Shown here: positions 34,553-43,470 of the stretch, one piece after another
Position numbering within the stretch: the first letter of the stretch is position 1
Layout of the letters: each line of letters begins with the position of its first letter
Source of the DNA: an uncultured Acidimicrobiales bacterium
Lineage (GTDB): Bacteria; Actinomycetota; Acidimicrobiia; Acidimicrobiales; SZUA-35
Assembly: GCA_963803845.1 (NCBI GenBank)
Contig: CAWDNZ010000004.1
Coordinates: 962,572-1,026,571, forward strand
Direction: 5' to 3'
Length of the DNA: 64,000 nt
The notes under the pieces: generated by a model
Told to the model about the DNA's origin: nothing
The model's database searches: none
What the model saw: only the letters and a program-made list of their open reading frames with translations
Made by a program: the position numbers and the translations under genes

Positions 34553-37051
34553 ATGTCACTCGTGTCCACCGCGTTGTTCGCCGCCGCTGCTGCCGAGACG
34601 TTCCAGCCCGCCAGCTGGCTCTTCGACAATGTCTGGATCGTGCCCGCTCTCCCGGCGCTGTCCTTCGCGTTGATCCTGCTTTTCGGCAAGAATTTCGCCA
34701 AGCACGTTCACATCCTTGGTATTGCCGCGGTTGCCACCGGACTGCTTTTCAGCACGGTCACCGCCTTCGCTTGGATCGGCCAGTACGAGGACGAGCAGTC
34801 CCAGCACGGTTCCGTCGAGGAGGATCACTCTGAAGAAGAGGGCGCCGGCGGCTTCGTCACCATCGCTACCGCCGATGAGGAAACGAGCGACGAGGACACC
34901 GATGCCGGTCACGCCGAAGAGGAGAGCGACGGGCACGACGACGACGGCCAGATCGCCGCTCGCGGCTGCAACGTTGCAGAAAACAACAAGGGCCGATTCG
35001 GGCCCACTGCCGACGAGCTGTCGATCGGTCAAGATGAATTCGCCCTCACCGACGTTTCCGAAATAGCGGCTACTGCCGAAGAGGTAGAAGAAGGGGGCGG
35101 CGGGGAGCACATCAAGCCGGCCGCCGTCGTCAATTGTCTCGACTGGCTCGAAACCGGTTCGTTTGGCTCCGACATCGGCGCATCCGGCGATGAGGCAGCT
35201 CAGGGTGGCCGCACCCTGAAGCTCAGTATCGGCACCATCGCCGACGGGCAGAGCATCATGATGCTCTTCGTCGTCACGTTCATCTCGCTCCTCGTCCACG
35301 TCTTCAGCACCGAGTACGTGAAGGGCGATCGACGCTACGTCCACTACTACGCGTTCCTCAGCCTGTTCACCGCCTCCATGCTGTTCATGGTCCTGTCGGC
35401 TTCAGCACTGCAGTTGATCGTTGGCTGGGAACTGGTGGGGGTCTGTTCTTTTGTGCTCATCGGCCATTGGTGGGAAGACCAAGACAATTCCAACGCCGCC
35501 CTCAAAGCCTTCCTCACCAACCGGGTGGGCGACATCGGCCTGCTCATCGGCATGATCGTGCTGTTCTTTGGCGCCGGTCAAACCTTCGACATCATGACCA
35601 TCAACCATGCCGCTGTGACCGGAGAGCTCAGCCAGACCACCATGACCGTGGCCAGCCTGTGTTTGCTGACCGCCGTGATGAGCAAGTCCGGTCAGTTCAT
35701 CCTCCACACCTGGCTACCCGACGCCATGGCCGGGCCCACTCCGGTCTCCGCACTGATCCATGCCGCCACCATGGTGGTAGCGGGGATCTACATGGTGGGC
35801 CGCCTCTACCCGGTGTTCTGGAACGGGCTCATGATCCCCGGCTCCAGTTTCAACATCCTCGCCTTCGTTGGCGCCCTCACCGTGGTAGGTGGTGGTGCGC
35901 TGGCATTCGTGCAGCGAGATATCAAGAAGGTCCTCGCTTACTCCACGGTCTCCCAACTCGGCTACATGGTGCTCGCCCTCGGAGTGGGCGCCTGGACCGC
36001 CGCAATGTTCCACCTCTTCACTCACGCCTTCTTCAAGGCATGCCTCTTCCTCGGCGCCGGCGCTCTCAGCCACGCCTGCCACCACAGCTTCGATATGAAA
36101 GACGAGATGGGCGGTCTTCGCAAGAAGATGCCCATCACCTTTGCTACGTTCATGATCGGTACCCTTGCCCTCGCCGGCGTGTTCCCGTTCGCAGGGTTCT
36201 GGAGCAAGGACGAGATCTTGGTGGGCACCGGCGGTTTCCCGGGCACCGACGCCAACGGCACCTACACCCTCCTCTTGATCATGGGCCTGATCGGCGCCGC
36301 CTTGACCGCCGGCTACATGACCAGGGCCATCTGGCTGATCTTCTTTGGCGAGTACCGAGGCCATGACCATCCCCACGATCCACCGCGGGCAATGTCCTGG
36401 TCGCTCATCATCCTGGCCGTCTTCGCGACGTTTGCGGGTTTCCTGAACATGCCGGCGGACTGGTTCGGGCCCATCGGTGAACGGTATGGCCTGAAGTTCG
36501 AGCAATGGTTCGAACCCGGTGGCGGCGATGTCTTCCCCGTGATCAGTCACGGCGACTCCAACCTCCTGCTGGCCATCGTGGCAACCCTTGCGGCGGTCGG
36601 CTCGGGCTACGTGGTGTGGAACTACTACCAGAAGCTCTACGCCAAGGACCCCACTGCCACCGAATACACCGACGGGATCCGCACCAAGAACACCTTCGCC
36701 AGCGCGGGTTACACGTTGTTGGAAAACAAGTACTACCTGGACCATCTCTACACAGGAATCATCACCGGTTTCACCAAGGGACCACTGGCCCGGGCGGCCT
36801 ATTGGGTGAATCAGAACGTGATCGACGAAGTCATCAACACCGCCGGCAGAACCACCACAGCGATGGGCCGGTTCGTGTACAGGTTCATCGATCAGGGCGC
36901 CATCGACGGTGCCGTCAACCTGTCAGGCAACAGCTCCTCCGACGTAGGTCAGGTCTTGCGGCGGATGCAGAGCGGTTCAATTCGTCAGTACGCCAGCCTC
37001 ATGTTCGGGGCAGCCACCGTGTTGGCTGCCGTGTTCATCGTGGCGGTATAG
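34553..37051 (+). CDS. nuoL: NADH-quinone oxidoreductase subunit L with a ~110-120 aa acidic insertion after TM2
   Basis: GWELVGVCSFVLIGHWW, HAATMVVAGIYMV, and the long C-terminal lateral-helix region. 832 aa, against my expectation of ~610-660 aa. Confidence 0.9.
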   Translation: MSLVSTALFAAAAAETFQPASWLFDNVWIVPALPALSFALILLFGKNFAKHVHILGIAAVATGLLFSTVTAFAWIGQYEDEQSQHGSVEEDHSEEEGAGGFVTIATADEETSDEDTDAGHAEEESDGHDDDGQIAARGCNVAENNKGRFGPTADELSIGQDEFALTDVSEIAATAEEVEEGGGGEHIKPAAVVNCLDWLETGSFGSDIGASGDEAAQGGRTLKLSIGTIADGQSIMMLFVVTFISLLVHVFSTEYVKGDRRYVHYYAFLSLFTASMLFMVLSASALQLIVGWELVGVCSFVLIGHWWEDQDNSNAALKAFLTNRVGDIGLLIGMIVLFFGAGQTFDIMTINHAAVTGELSQTTMTVASLCLLTAVMSKSGQFILHTWLPDAMAGPTPVSALIHAATMVVAGIYMVGRLYPVFWNGLMIPGSSFNILAFVGALTVVGGGALAFVQRDIKKVLAYSTVSQLGYMVLALGVGAWTAAMFHLFTHAFFKACLFLGAGALSHACHHSFDMKDEMGGLRKKMPITFATFMIGTLALAGVFPFAGFWSKDEILVGTGGFPGTDANGTYTLLLIMGLIGAALTAGYMTRAIWLIFFGEYRGHDHPHDPPRAMSWSLIILAVFATFAGFLNMPADWFGPIGERYGLKFEQWFEPGGGDVFPVISHGDSNLLLAIVATLAAVGSGYVVWNYYQKLYAKDPTATEYTDGIRTKNTFASAGYTLLENKYYLDHLYTGIITGFTKGPLARAAYWVNQNVIDEVINTAGRTTTAMGRFVYRFIDQGAIDGAVNLSGNSSSDVGQVLRRMQSGSIRQYASLMFGAATVLAAVFIVAV

Positions 37052-37060
37052 GGAGAGATT

Positions 37061-38602
37061 ATGTTCTGGGATGACTACAACTGGCTGACCACAGCGCTGG
37101 TCTTCACGCCGCTGGTCGGCGTGCTCATCATGATGGCGATACCTGCCAAAGACGAGGAGAGCCACAAGACTGTGGCGCTCATCACCACGCTGGTCACCGC
37201 CGGGCTGGGCGTCGTCATGTGGCGGCAGTTCGACTTCGGGCGGGCCAATGTTCTGCAGTTCGAATACAACCGGTCCTGGATCGAAGTGGTCAACGCCAAC
37301 TACAAAGTCGGCATCGACGGGATGAGCCTGCCACTCATTGCGCTCACACTCCTGGTCGTTCCGCTGGTCATCATCTACAGCTGGAACCACATCCCCAGTC
37401 CGGGGAACACCAAGATGTTCTTGATACTGACCTTGGTGCTCCACACCGGCATGCTCGGAAGTTTCGTTGCCCAGGATCTGGTGTTGTTCTTCGTCTTCTT
37501 CGAAATTGTTCTTCTCCCCATGTACTTCATGATCGGTGTGTGGGGTGGCGAGGATCGGTTGTATGCCGCGATCAAGTTCTTCCTTTTCACACTGTTCGGT
37601 TCGGCGCTCATGCTCGTCGCCTTCCTGGCGTTGTACTGGAACACTGGCAGCTCCACGTTCGACATGGTCAAGCTGGCCGAAGAGGTGGCCTCTCGAGACA
37701 TCTCCCTCACCACGCAGGTATTGATCTTCGGAGGGATGTTCCTGGGCTTTGGCATCAAGGTGCCGCTGTTCCCCTTCCACACATGGCTCCCCGATGCTCA
37801 CACCCAGGCACCAACCCAGGGTTCAGTCATCCTTGCTGCCGTGCTCCTGAAGTTGGGCACTTACGGCTTCATCCGGATCGCCATTCCGATTCTGCCCGAG
37901 GCGGCAGTGGAGTGGGCCCCATGGATCGGCCTGCTCGCCGTGATCGGAATCATCTACGGCGCCCTCGGCTGTCTGGCCCAAACCGACATGAAGCGTCTCA
38001 TCGCCTTCTCCTCGGTGGCCCATATGGGTTATGTGATGCTCGGCATCGCTACCCTCACCCCGTTCGGGATCAACGCCGCCATCTTCGGCATGGTCGCCCA
38101 TGGCCTGATTACCGGCATGTTGTTCTTCATCGCCGGCTCGGTGAAGGAGCGCTACCACACGCTGGAGATCGCCCGGCTGGGCGGTCTGCTCAAGCAGGCT
38201 CCTCACCTCGGCTGGATCCTCGGGTTCTGCACCATGGCTTCGCTGGGCCTTCCCGGTCTCGCTGGGTTCTGGGGTGAGTTCCCCGCCATCCTCGCCGCAT
38301 ACAACCCCGCCGAAGGTGTGAGCCAAACGCTTTTCCGGGTCTACATGGTGATCGCCGCAATCGGCACCGTGCTTGCCGCCGGTTACCTGCTTTGGCTGCT
38401 CCAGCGCACCGCCTTCGGTGAGCCCAGCGAAGAGTTCGCCGACGATCCCCACGTCCACGACGTAGTCGCCACCGAGTGGATCGCCTGGACCCCGCTCCTC
38501 GTACTGATCCTCCTGTTCGGTTTCCTTCCCGGCATCATCTTCGGAATCACCGATCCCGCCGTCGTGCAGGGCCTCCAGGCTCTCTCTCAAGGCGCTCCTT
38601 AA
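37061..38602 (+). CDS. nuoM: NADH-quinone oxidoreductase subunit M
   Basis: FPFHTWLPDAHTQAPTQGSVILAAVLLKLGTYGF. Confidence 0.95.
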   Translation: MFWDDYNWLTTALVFTPLVGVLIMMAIPAKDEESHKTVALITTLVTAGLGVVMWRQFDFGRANVLQFEYNRSWIEVVNANYKVGIDGMSLPLIALTLLVVPLVIIYSWNHIPSPGNTKMFLILTLVLHTGMLGSFVAQDLVLFFVFFEIVLLPMYFMIGVWGGEDRLYAAIKFFLFTLFGSALMLVAFLALYWNTGSSTFDMVKLAEEVASRDISLTTQVLIFGGMFLGFGIKVPLFPFHTWLPDAHTQAPTQGSVILAAVLLKLGTYGFIRIAIPILPEAAVEWAPWIGLLAVIGIIYGALGCLAQTDMKRLIAFSSVAHMGYVMLGIATLTPFGINAAIFGMVAHGLITGMLFFIAGSVKERYHTLEIARLGGLLKQAPHLGWILGFCTMASLGLPGLAGFWGEFPAILAAYNPAEGVSQTLFRVYMVIAAIGTVLAAGYLLWLLQRTAFGEPSEEFADDPHVHDVVATEWIAWTPLLVLILLFGFLPGIIFGITDPAVVQGLQALSQGAP

Positions 38603-38610
38603 GGTCTCGA

Positions 38611-40128
38611 ATGCTCTCTCTTCTCGCACAGATTGATCAGCCGGAGTTCCTCCGGCCAGACATCGACTGGCATGCTGTGGCGCCCGAGCTGCTGTTGCTC
38701 GGCGGTGGGGCCATCATCACCACGCTGGATTTGGTCTTCCTGGAGCGCGTCCGTAAATACATGCCCACCCTCACCGGGCTCACGTTTCTCATTCCACTGA
38801 TCGCCGTTCTCACGCTCTGGAACCAATCCGAGGATCTTCCCCGGGTAATGTTCGACGGCGCATACGTGGTGGATCGTTACTCGCTGGCTCTCAAGATCCT
38901 GTTCCTGCTGTCGGGTTATGTGGTTGTGCTGCTGTCCAGCGAGTACATGGCCGAGGGCGACTATTACGAAAGCGAGTTCTATCAGCTGTTGTCGGCATCG
39001 CTCCTAGGCATGATCGTCATGAGCTCGGCGCGTGATCTCATCTCGATCTTCGTCGCCCTCGAACTCATCTCCATCCCGGCCTACCTCATGGCGGCGTGGC
39101 GCAAGCGGGACCTCAAATCCAACGAAGCCGGCCTCAAATACATGCTGATGGGCGTATTCGCCAGCGGCATCATGCTGTATGGAATGAGCCTGCTTTATGG
39201 CTTCACCGGCGATACCAAGCTGTCCGCCATCGCCGGCGCTATTGGAAACGGTGGTGAAACGTCGCCGCTCATCACCTTGGCCATCGTGTTCACCGTGATC
39301 GGGTTCGGGTTCAAAGTGAGCGCCGTTCCGTTCCACACCTGGGCGCCGGACACCTATGAAGGCGCCCCCACGCCCCTCACCGCCTTCCTTGCCGTGGCCT
39401 CCAAGTCCGCCGGATTCGTGGCACTGATCAGCATCGTTCTGGTGGCGCTCCCAGCCCAGTCCAACGTGGTGGAGCCCCTCATGTGGGTCCTCTCCGCTCT
39501 GACCATGACCGTCGGCAACCTGATCGCCCTCCGTCAGACCAACATCGTCCGCATGCTGGCCTACTCCGGCGTGGCCCAGGCTGGCTACATGCTGGCGCCA
39601 CTCGCCGTGTTCGGCGACAACTTCACCGGAACCACCAACCCGGCGAACGCCATCGTCAACTACTTACTGGTCTATGCAGCCATGAACCTCGGAGCCTTCG
39701 CCGTGGTGCTGCTGGTGGCTCGCAAGACTCGCTCGGGTGAGATCGCCAGCTATGGCGGACTCATGAATTACGCCCCCGGGCTTGGCGCCGCCATGACGCT
39801 GTTCATGTTCTCCCTCGCCGGCATCCCGCCGGTGGGTGGCTGGTGGGCCAAGTTCCAGATCTTCAACGTTCTCACCCAGAACGGGTCCTGGGCCGGAATC
39901 TCCCTAGCGGTGATCGCAGCCGTGAACAGCGTGATCGCGGCGTTCTACTACCTGAACATCGCCAAGCAGATGTGGTTCCTGCCCGAACCGAACGAAGATC
40001 ACACCCCGATCGGCTTCCCGGCCCCACTGGCGATTGCTCTCGGCATCACCGTGATCGCCACCATCGTGTTCGGCATCCTGCCCGGCATCACCGGCGATCT
40101 CAGCGACTTCACCAACGTCGCGCTCTAA
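38611..40128 (+). CDS. nuoN: NADH-quinone oxidoreductase subunit N
   Basis: FKVSAVPFHTWAPDTYEGAPTP. ATG at 38611 lies just after the nuoM stop. Confidence 0.9.
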   Translation: MLSLLAQIDQPEFLRPDIDWHAVAPELLLLGGGAIITTLDLVFLERVRKYMPTLTGLTFLIPLIAVLTLWNQSEDLPRVMFDGAYVVDRYSLALKILFLLSGYVVVLLSSEYMAEGDYYESEFYQLLSASLLGMIVMSSARDLISIFVALELISIPAYLMAAWRKRDLKSNEAGLKYMLMGVFASGIMLYGMSLLYGFTGDTKLSAIAGAIGNGGETSPLITLAIVFTVIGFGFKVSAVPFHTWAPDTYEGAPTPLTAFLAVASKSAGFVALISIVLVALPAQSNVVEPLMWVLSALTMTVGNLIALRQTNIVRMLAYSGVAQAGYMLAPLAVFGDNFTGTTNPANAIVNYLLVYAAMNLGAFAVVLLVARKTRSGEIASYGGLMNYAPGLGAAMTLFMFSLAGIPPVGGWWAKFQIFNVLTQNGSWAGISLAVIAAVNSVIAAFYYLNIAKQMWFLPEPNEDHTPIGFPAPLAIALGITVIATIVFGILPGITGDLSDFTNVAL

Positions 40129-40810
40129 TTCCCTCCGGGGGCCGTTCAAACGCCACGGAGGCTTTGCCTTCGGCCTGGCGACAGATGCTTGCGTGGCTTT
40201 GTGTTTGACTGCATAGGGCTTCCCTCCGGGGGGCGTGCTCTGACTCCCTCCGGGGGCGTGCTCTGACTCCCTCCGGGGGGCGTTCCGCCGGGCACGCAGC
40301 CCTCGCCTTCGGCTTGGCGACAGATGCTTGCGTGGCTTTGTGTTTGACTGCGCAACGATTCCCTTCGGGGGCGTGCTCTGACTCCCTCCGGGGGCCGTTC
40401 AAACGCCACGGAGGCTTTGCCTTCGGCCTGCCAAAGATGCGTCAGAAACTGAATGCGTGACTGCATAGGGCTTCCCTTCGGGGGCGTGCTCTGACTCCCT
40501 CCGGGGGGCGTTCCGCCGGGCACGCAGCCCTCGCCTTCGGCCTGGCGACAGATGCTTGCGTGGCTTTGTGTTTGACTGCATAGGGCTTCCCTTCGGGGGC
40601 GTGCTCTGACTCCCTCCGGGGGGCGTTCCGCCGGGCACGCAGCCCTCGCCTTCGGCCTGGCGACAGATGCTTGCGTGGCTTTGTGTTTGACTGCATAGGG
40701 CTTCCCTCCGGGGGCCGTTCAAACGCCACGGAGGCTTTGCCTTCGGCCTGGCGACAGATGCTTGCGTGGCTTTGTGTTTGACTGCGCAACGATTCCCTCC
40801 GGGGGGCGTT
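40129..40810 (+). repeat. Mosaic (BIME-like) intergenic repeat array: 12 P motifs, 6 Y cores, 2 connector types, 5 mini-units
   Basis: Modules read directly. There is an exact 115-bp tandem duplication (40473-40587 and 40588-40702). Confidence 0.95.
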
Positions 40811-40935
40811 GTGGCCGTCCGAAACATCGCTGGTCGGTGTTCTGGCCGCTTGAACCTTCGAGTTTCGAACCTTCGGGCGGTCAGGTGCGTCGTCACCGAA
40901 GTTTCGAGCGGCCAGTTGACGCTTCCTACCCACAA

Positions 40936-41892
40936 CTAGTCCCACTCGGCGACCCAGAAAGCGCCGAGGCCGGTGGGGTCGGTGAGGGCTTCGGCTTCGG
41001 AGATTCGGCTGCGCATTCGCATGGCGTTGAGGTCTGGTTTGGAGGCATGCTCACGCCAGTAGGCGCGCCCTTCGGCAACCAAATCCCCGATTCCCATCTC
41101 GGCACAGAACTCCGCCTGGGTCCACGTCTTGGCCGGAAGCGGAAGCTGATCCAGAGGTACATCGGTGGTGATATCCCACCAACCGGGATCTCGCAGCGGG
41201 TCATTGGTGCGCTGATGCTCCCGATAGCACCGGAGCCAGCCTCCCCGGCGGGCGAGGTCCGCAGTTGTGGCGGCGCCGTAGTCGAACATCAGAACGCGTG
41301 CCGGTCTCCGATCCAGGATCGACTGCACCAATGCGGCAGCACCTCCCACGAGGGGATATTCGCCCTCGGCGAGGAGTGGCTCAGGGCAGGGCTGCCAAGC
41401 GATGGCCCCGTCGCCAACGAACGCTTCCTCACCACCTGCGGCCGAAGAGCGAACCCAACGAAACGGAACATTGTCCAGAAGTTCGTTGGCGATGACCACG
41501 GCCCCCTCAAGTGAGTCCGGAAGTTCCGAAGCCGTGGCGAGGTCGATCCCGTGCAACGTCCAGGCCCGGGCACATTCGGGTGCTGCTGCGGCGAGTGATC
41601 TCAGTAACGTGCCGGGCCCGGTTCCAACGTCGAAAACCCCCAAGCTCGCGGGCCTGCCCAGTTTGTTCCACACCTCGTTGATCCACCGCGCAACGAGGGT
41701 GCCGAAGAGTGGCCCGACTTCGGGGCTCGTGATGAAGTCACCGCCTCGCCTTCCGGCGATCCCGCGCCCCGACGTGTAGAAGCCGTCGGCGCCGTAGAGC
41801 GCCTGGGCTACGTACTCATCGAACCGCTGCACGGAGACGTCAATTGTTGATCTCGATGTCGGCGAACTCATAGGAACAAACGGCCCACTCAT
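40936..41892 (-). CDS. SAM-dependent methyltransferase, MidA/NDUFAF7 (DUF185) family
   Basis: GDFITSPEVGPLFG plus VFDVGTGPGTL motifs. Start uncertain (41892, 41871, or GTG 41832 just after the upstream stop). Confidence 0.75.
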   Translation of the reverse strand: MSGPFVPMSSPTSRSTIDVSVQRFDEYVAQALYGADGFYTSGRGIAGRRGGDFITSPEVGPLFGTLVARWINEVWNKLGRPASLGVFDVGTGPGTLLRSLAAAAPECARAWTLHGIDLATASELPDSLEGAVVIANELLDNVPFRWVRSSAAGGEEAFVGDGAIAWQPCPEPLLAEGEYPLVGGAAALVQSILDRRPARVLMFDYGAATTADLARRGGWLRCYREHQRTNDPLRDPGWWDITTDVPLDQLPLPAKTWTQAEFCAEMGIGDLVAEGRAYWREHASKPDLNAMRMRSRISEAEALTDPTGLGAFWVAEWD

Positions 41893-42652
41893 CGCTGGCG
41901 TTCTTCGTCATTTCCGCGCTAAACGGAAGTGTTGTGCCGTTGACCACGATGGTGCCGCCGGTCTGGGTGCCGGTGCCCGTTGCTGTGTTGGCGATCAGAA
42001 TGCTGTAGCTGCTGAGACCGCTGAGATCCTCCTGGATCTGAGCGGAGCTGAGGTTGCATTCCGGAGCGGTCAGGGCTGCCGCTCCTTCGAAGTCGTCGGC
42101 GGCCGCCGCGGCCAGGAACTTGTTGGTGGCATCGATCGGACCGCGCACCAGGAGATACCCGGCGATACTGCACCCCCCAACGAGCACGATGAATGCGATG
42201 AATGCCAGCACACCCCAAAACAAACAACCGCGTCCCTTCTTTGGAGCGGGCGGCGGGAAACCCGGGCCGGCGCCCTGGGCATAGTTGGGAACCGGGCCGG
42301 GCGCGCCCGGAGGCGGAGCGGAACCGGGTGGGGTGGTAGCGCCATACCCGGGCGGGGTTGTGGGCGGCTGGGCGCTGGGCGGGGGGAAGTCGGTTCCGCT
42401 GATTGGAGGAATGGCCGACGCCTGAGGTGGTGGGAATTCTTGCGGGGAAGGGGAGGCCTGTGGAGCGGGGAAACCCTGCGGGGACTCCCACGGGTTCGGT
42501 GAGCCTTCCGGCGGGAGAAACGCCGAACGGGGTAGCGGTGGCGGCACCGCGGGACGTTCTTCTGGTGAACCGAACGATGGGATGTCTAGATCATCAACTC
42601 CGGCCAATGGGTCGTCGGGGAAATCGAAAGGATCTTTGGTGCCGTCAGCCAT
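41840..42652 (-). CDS. Proline-rich single-pass membrane protein, unknown function
   Basis: Pro-rich N-terminus, one TM (CLFWGVLAFIAFIVLVGGCSIAGYLLV), and a ~100 aa C-terminal domain. Start at ATG 42652 (MADGTKDPF) or at 42685. Confidence 0.6.
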   Translation of the reverse strand: MADGTKDPFDFPDDPLAGVDDLDIPSFGSPEERPAVPPPLPRSAFLPPEGSPNPWESPQGFPAPQASPSPQEFPPPQASAIPPISGTDFPPPSAQPPTTPPGYGATTPPGSAPPPGAPGPVPNYAQGAGPGFPPPAPKKGRGCLFWGVLAFIAFIVLVGGCSIAGYLLVRGPIDATNKFLAAAAADDFEGAAALTAPECNLSSAQIQEDLSGLSSYSILIANTATGTGTQTGGTIVVNGTTLPFSAEMTKNASDEWAVCSYEFADIEINN

Positions 42653-42706
42653 CGTTCCAGAGTACCGCGCCACTACCTCTGGCAATAGCCCCGAGCAACC
42701 CGCGCG

Positions 42707-43426
42707 CTAACCGTCCCGCTCGGCCACCATCCGTGCCAGCTTCTCGAAGTTGATGCTTATGAAGAGCCCCGTCGCCTCGGCACAGAGAGTTTCGCCGGAG
42801 TGCAGCGTTCCCTCGGTGAAGATCTTTCTGCCCTCCACCCTCACCAACCGACCAGCGAAACGAAGCGGGGAATGAAGGGGGACTGGCGCTCGGTAATAGA
42901 TCTCCAGTTTTCCAGTCATGCCCGGGGTCCCGCTGAGAACTTGGGTAGCGCCCAGCAGTTCATCAAAGAGGGCGGCGATGATACCGCCATGCACATGACC
43001 GGGCGGACCTTCATAGGCCGAACCGCAGGTGACCTCACCGGTGACGACGCCGTGCAGGTAACCGAGACGGAGTGGCGGGGCCAGCGGGTTGGCTTGCCCC
43101 ATGATCGGGCTGAAGTCGCTGTGATCGGTACTCTCGTTCGGGGTTGCCGATCTGCGGGAGGGTTGGGTTCGGGTGGATGCCTCGCTCACCCCTTCATAGC
43201 TTCGGCCGTGGGGGTACTCGCTGAGGACGGCCCCGATGGTCTCCAACTGTTCAGCGACCTTGGTGAGTTCTTCATCGCTAGCGGTGGTGGAAACAAGCTG
43301 TTCGATGACAGCCCGAAGTGCGTCGCCCACACGCCAAGTGAGCTGACGCCGTGGTGAACCTTGGGAATCCTGCAGGCCGATGACGAAGGCCATGAGGGCT
43401 GCGGCGTCGGTGGTGGGATCAGGCAT
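42707..43426 (-). CDS. PaaI-family hotdog-fold thioesterase with an N-terminal extension
   Basis: GHVHGGIIAALFDELLG motif. Confidence 0.7.
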   Translation of the reverse strand: MPDPTTDAAALMAFVIGLQDSQGSPRRQLTWRVGDALRAVIEQLVSTTASDEELTKVAEQLETIGAVLSEYPHGRSYEGVSEASTRTQPSRRSATPNESTDHSDFSPIMGQANPLAPPLRLGYLHGVVTGEVTCGSAYEGPPGHVHGGIIAALFDELLGATQVLSGTPGMTGKLEIYYRAPVPLHSPLRFAGRLVRVEGRKIFTEGTLHSGETLCAEATGLFISINFEKLARMVAERDG

Positions 43427-43470
43427 AACTGACGACGAGCGTAGTCAGCGCCGGGCTGTTTGCGAGTTGG

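Noticed and set aside
40129-40810. Possible CRISPR array (six ~37-nt Y cores at roughly regular spacing)
   Set aside because: The intervening 'spacers' are themselves repeated modules (P, X1, X2, mini-units) and include an exact 115-bp tandem duplication. Spacing is irregular (139/114/114/115/91). No cas genes or leader are nearby.
40109-40945. Minus-strand ORFs of 97-178 aa running through the repeat array (one starts at a TTG immediately after the midA-like stop)
   Set aside because: All three minus-strand frames are open at once. The peptide sequences are dictated by the DNA repeats (Arg/Pro/Gly-rich), and no SD, domain or signal is recognisable. This is typical of stop-poor GC-rich non-coding DNA.
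43427-43470. Small hairpin CTGAC-N10-GTCAG between the thioesterase start and the DUF3052-like stop, as a possible terminator
   Set aside because: It has only a 5-bp stem, no U-tract, and a low predicted stability. The evidence is insufficient.
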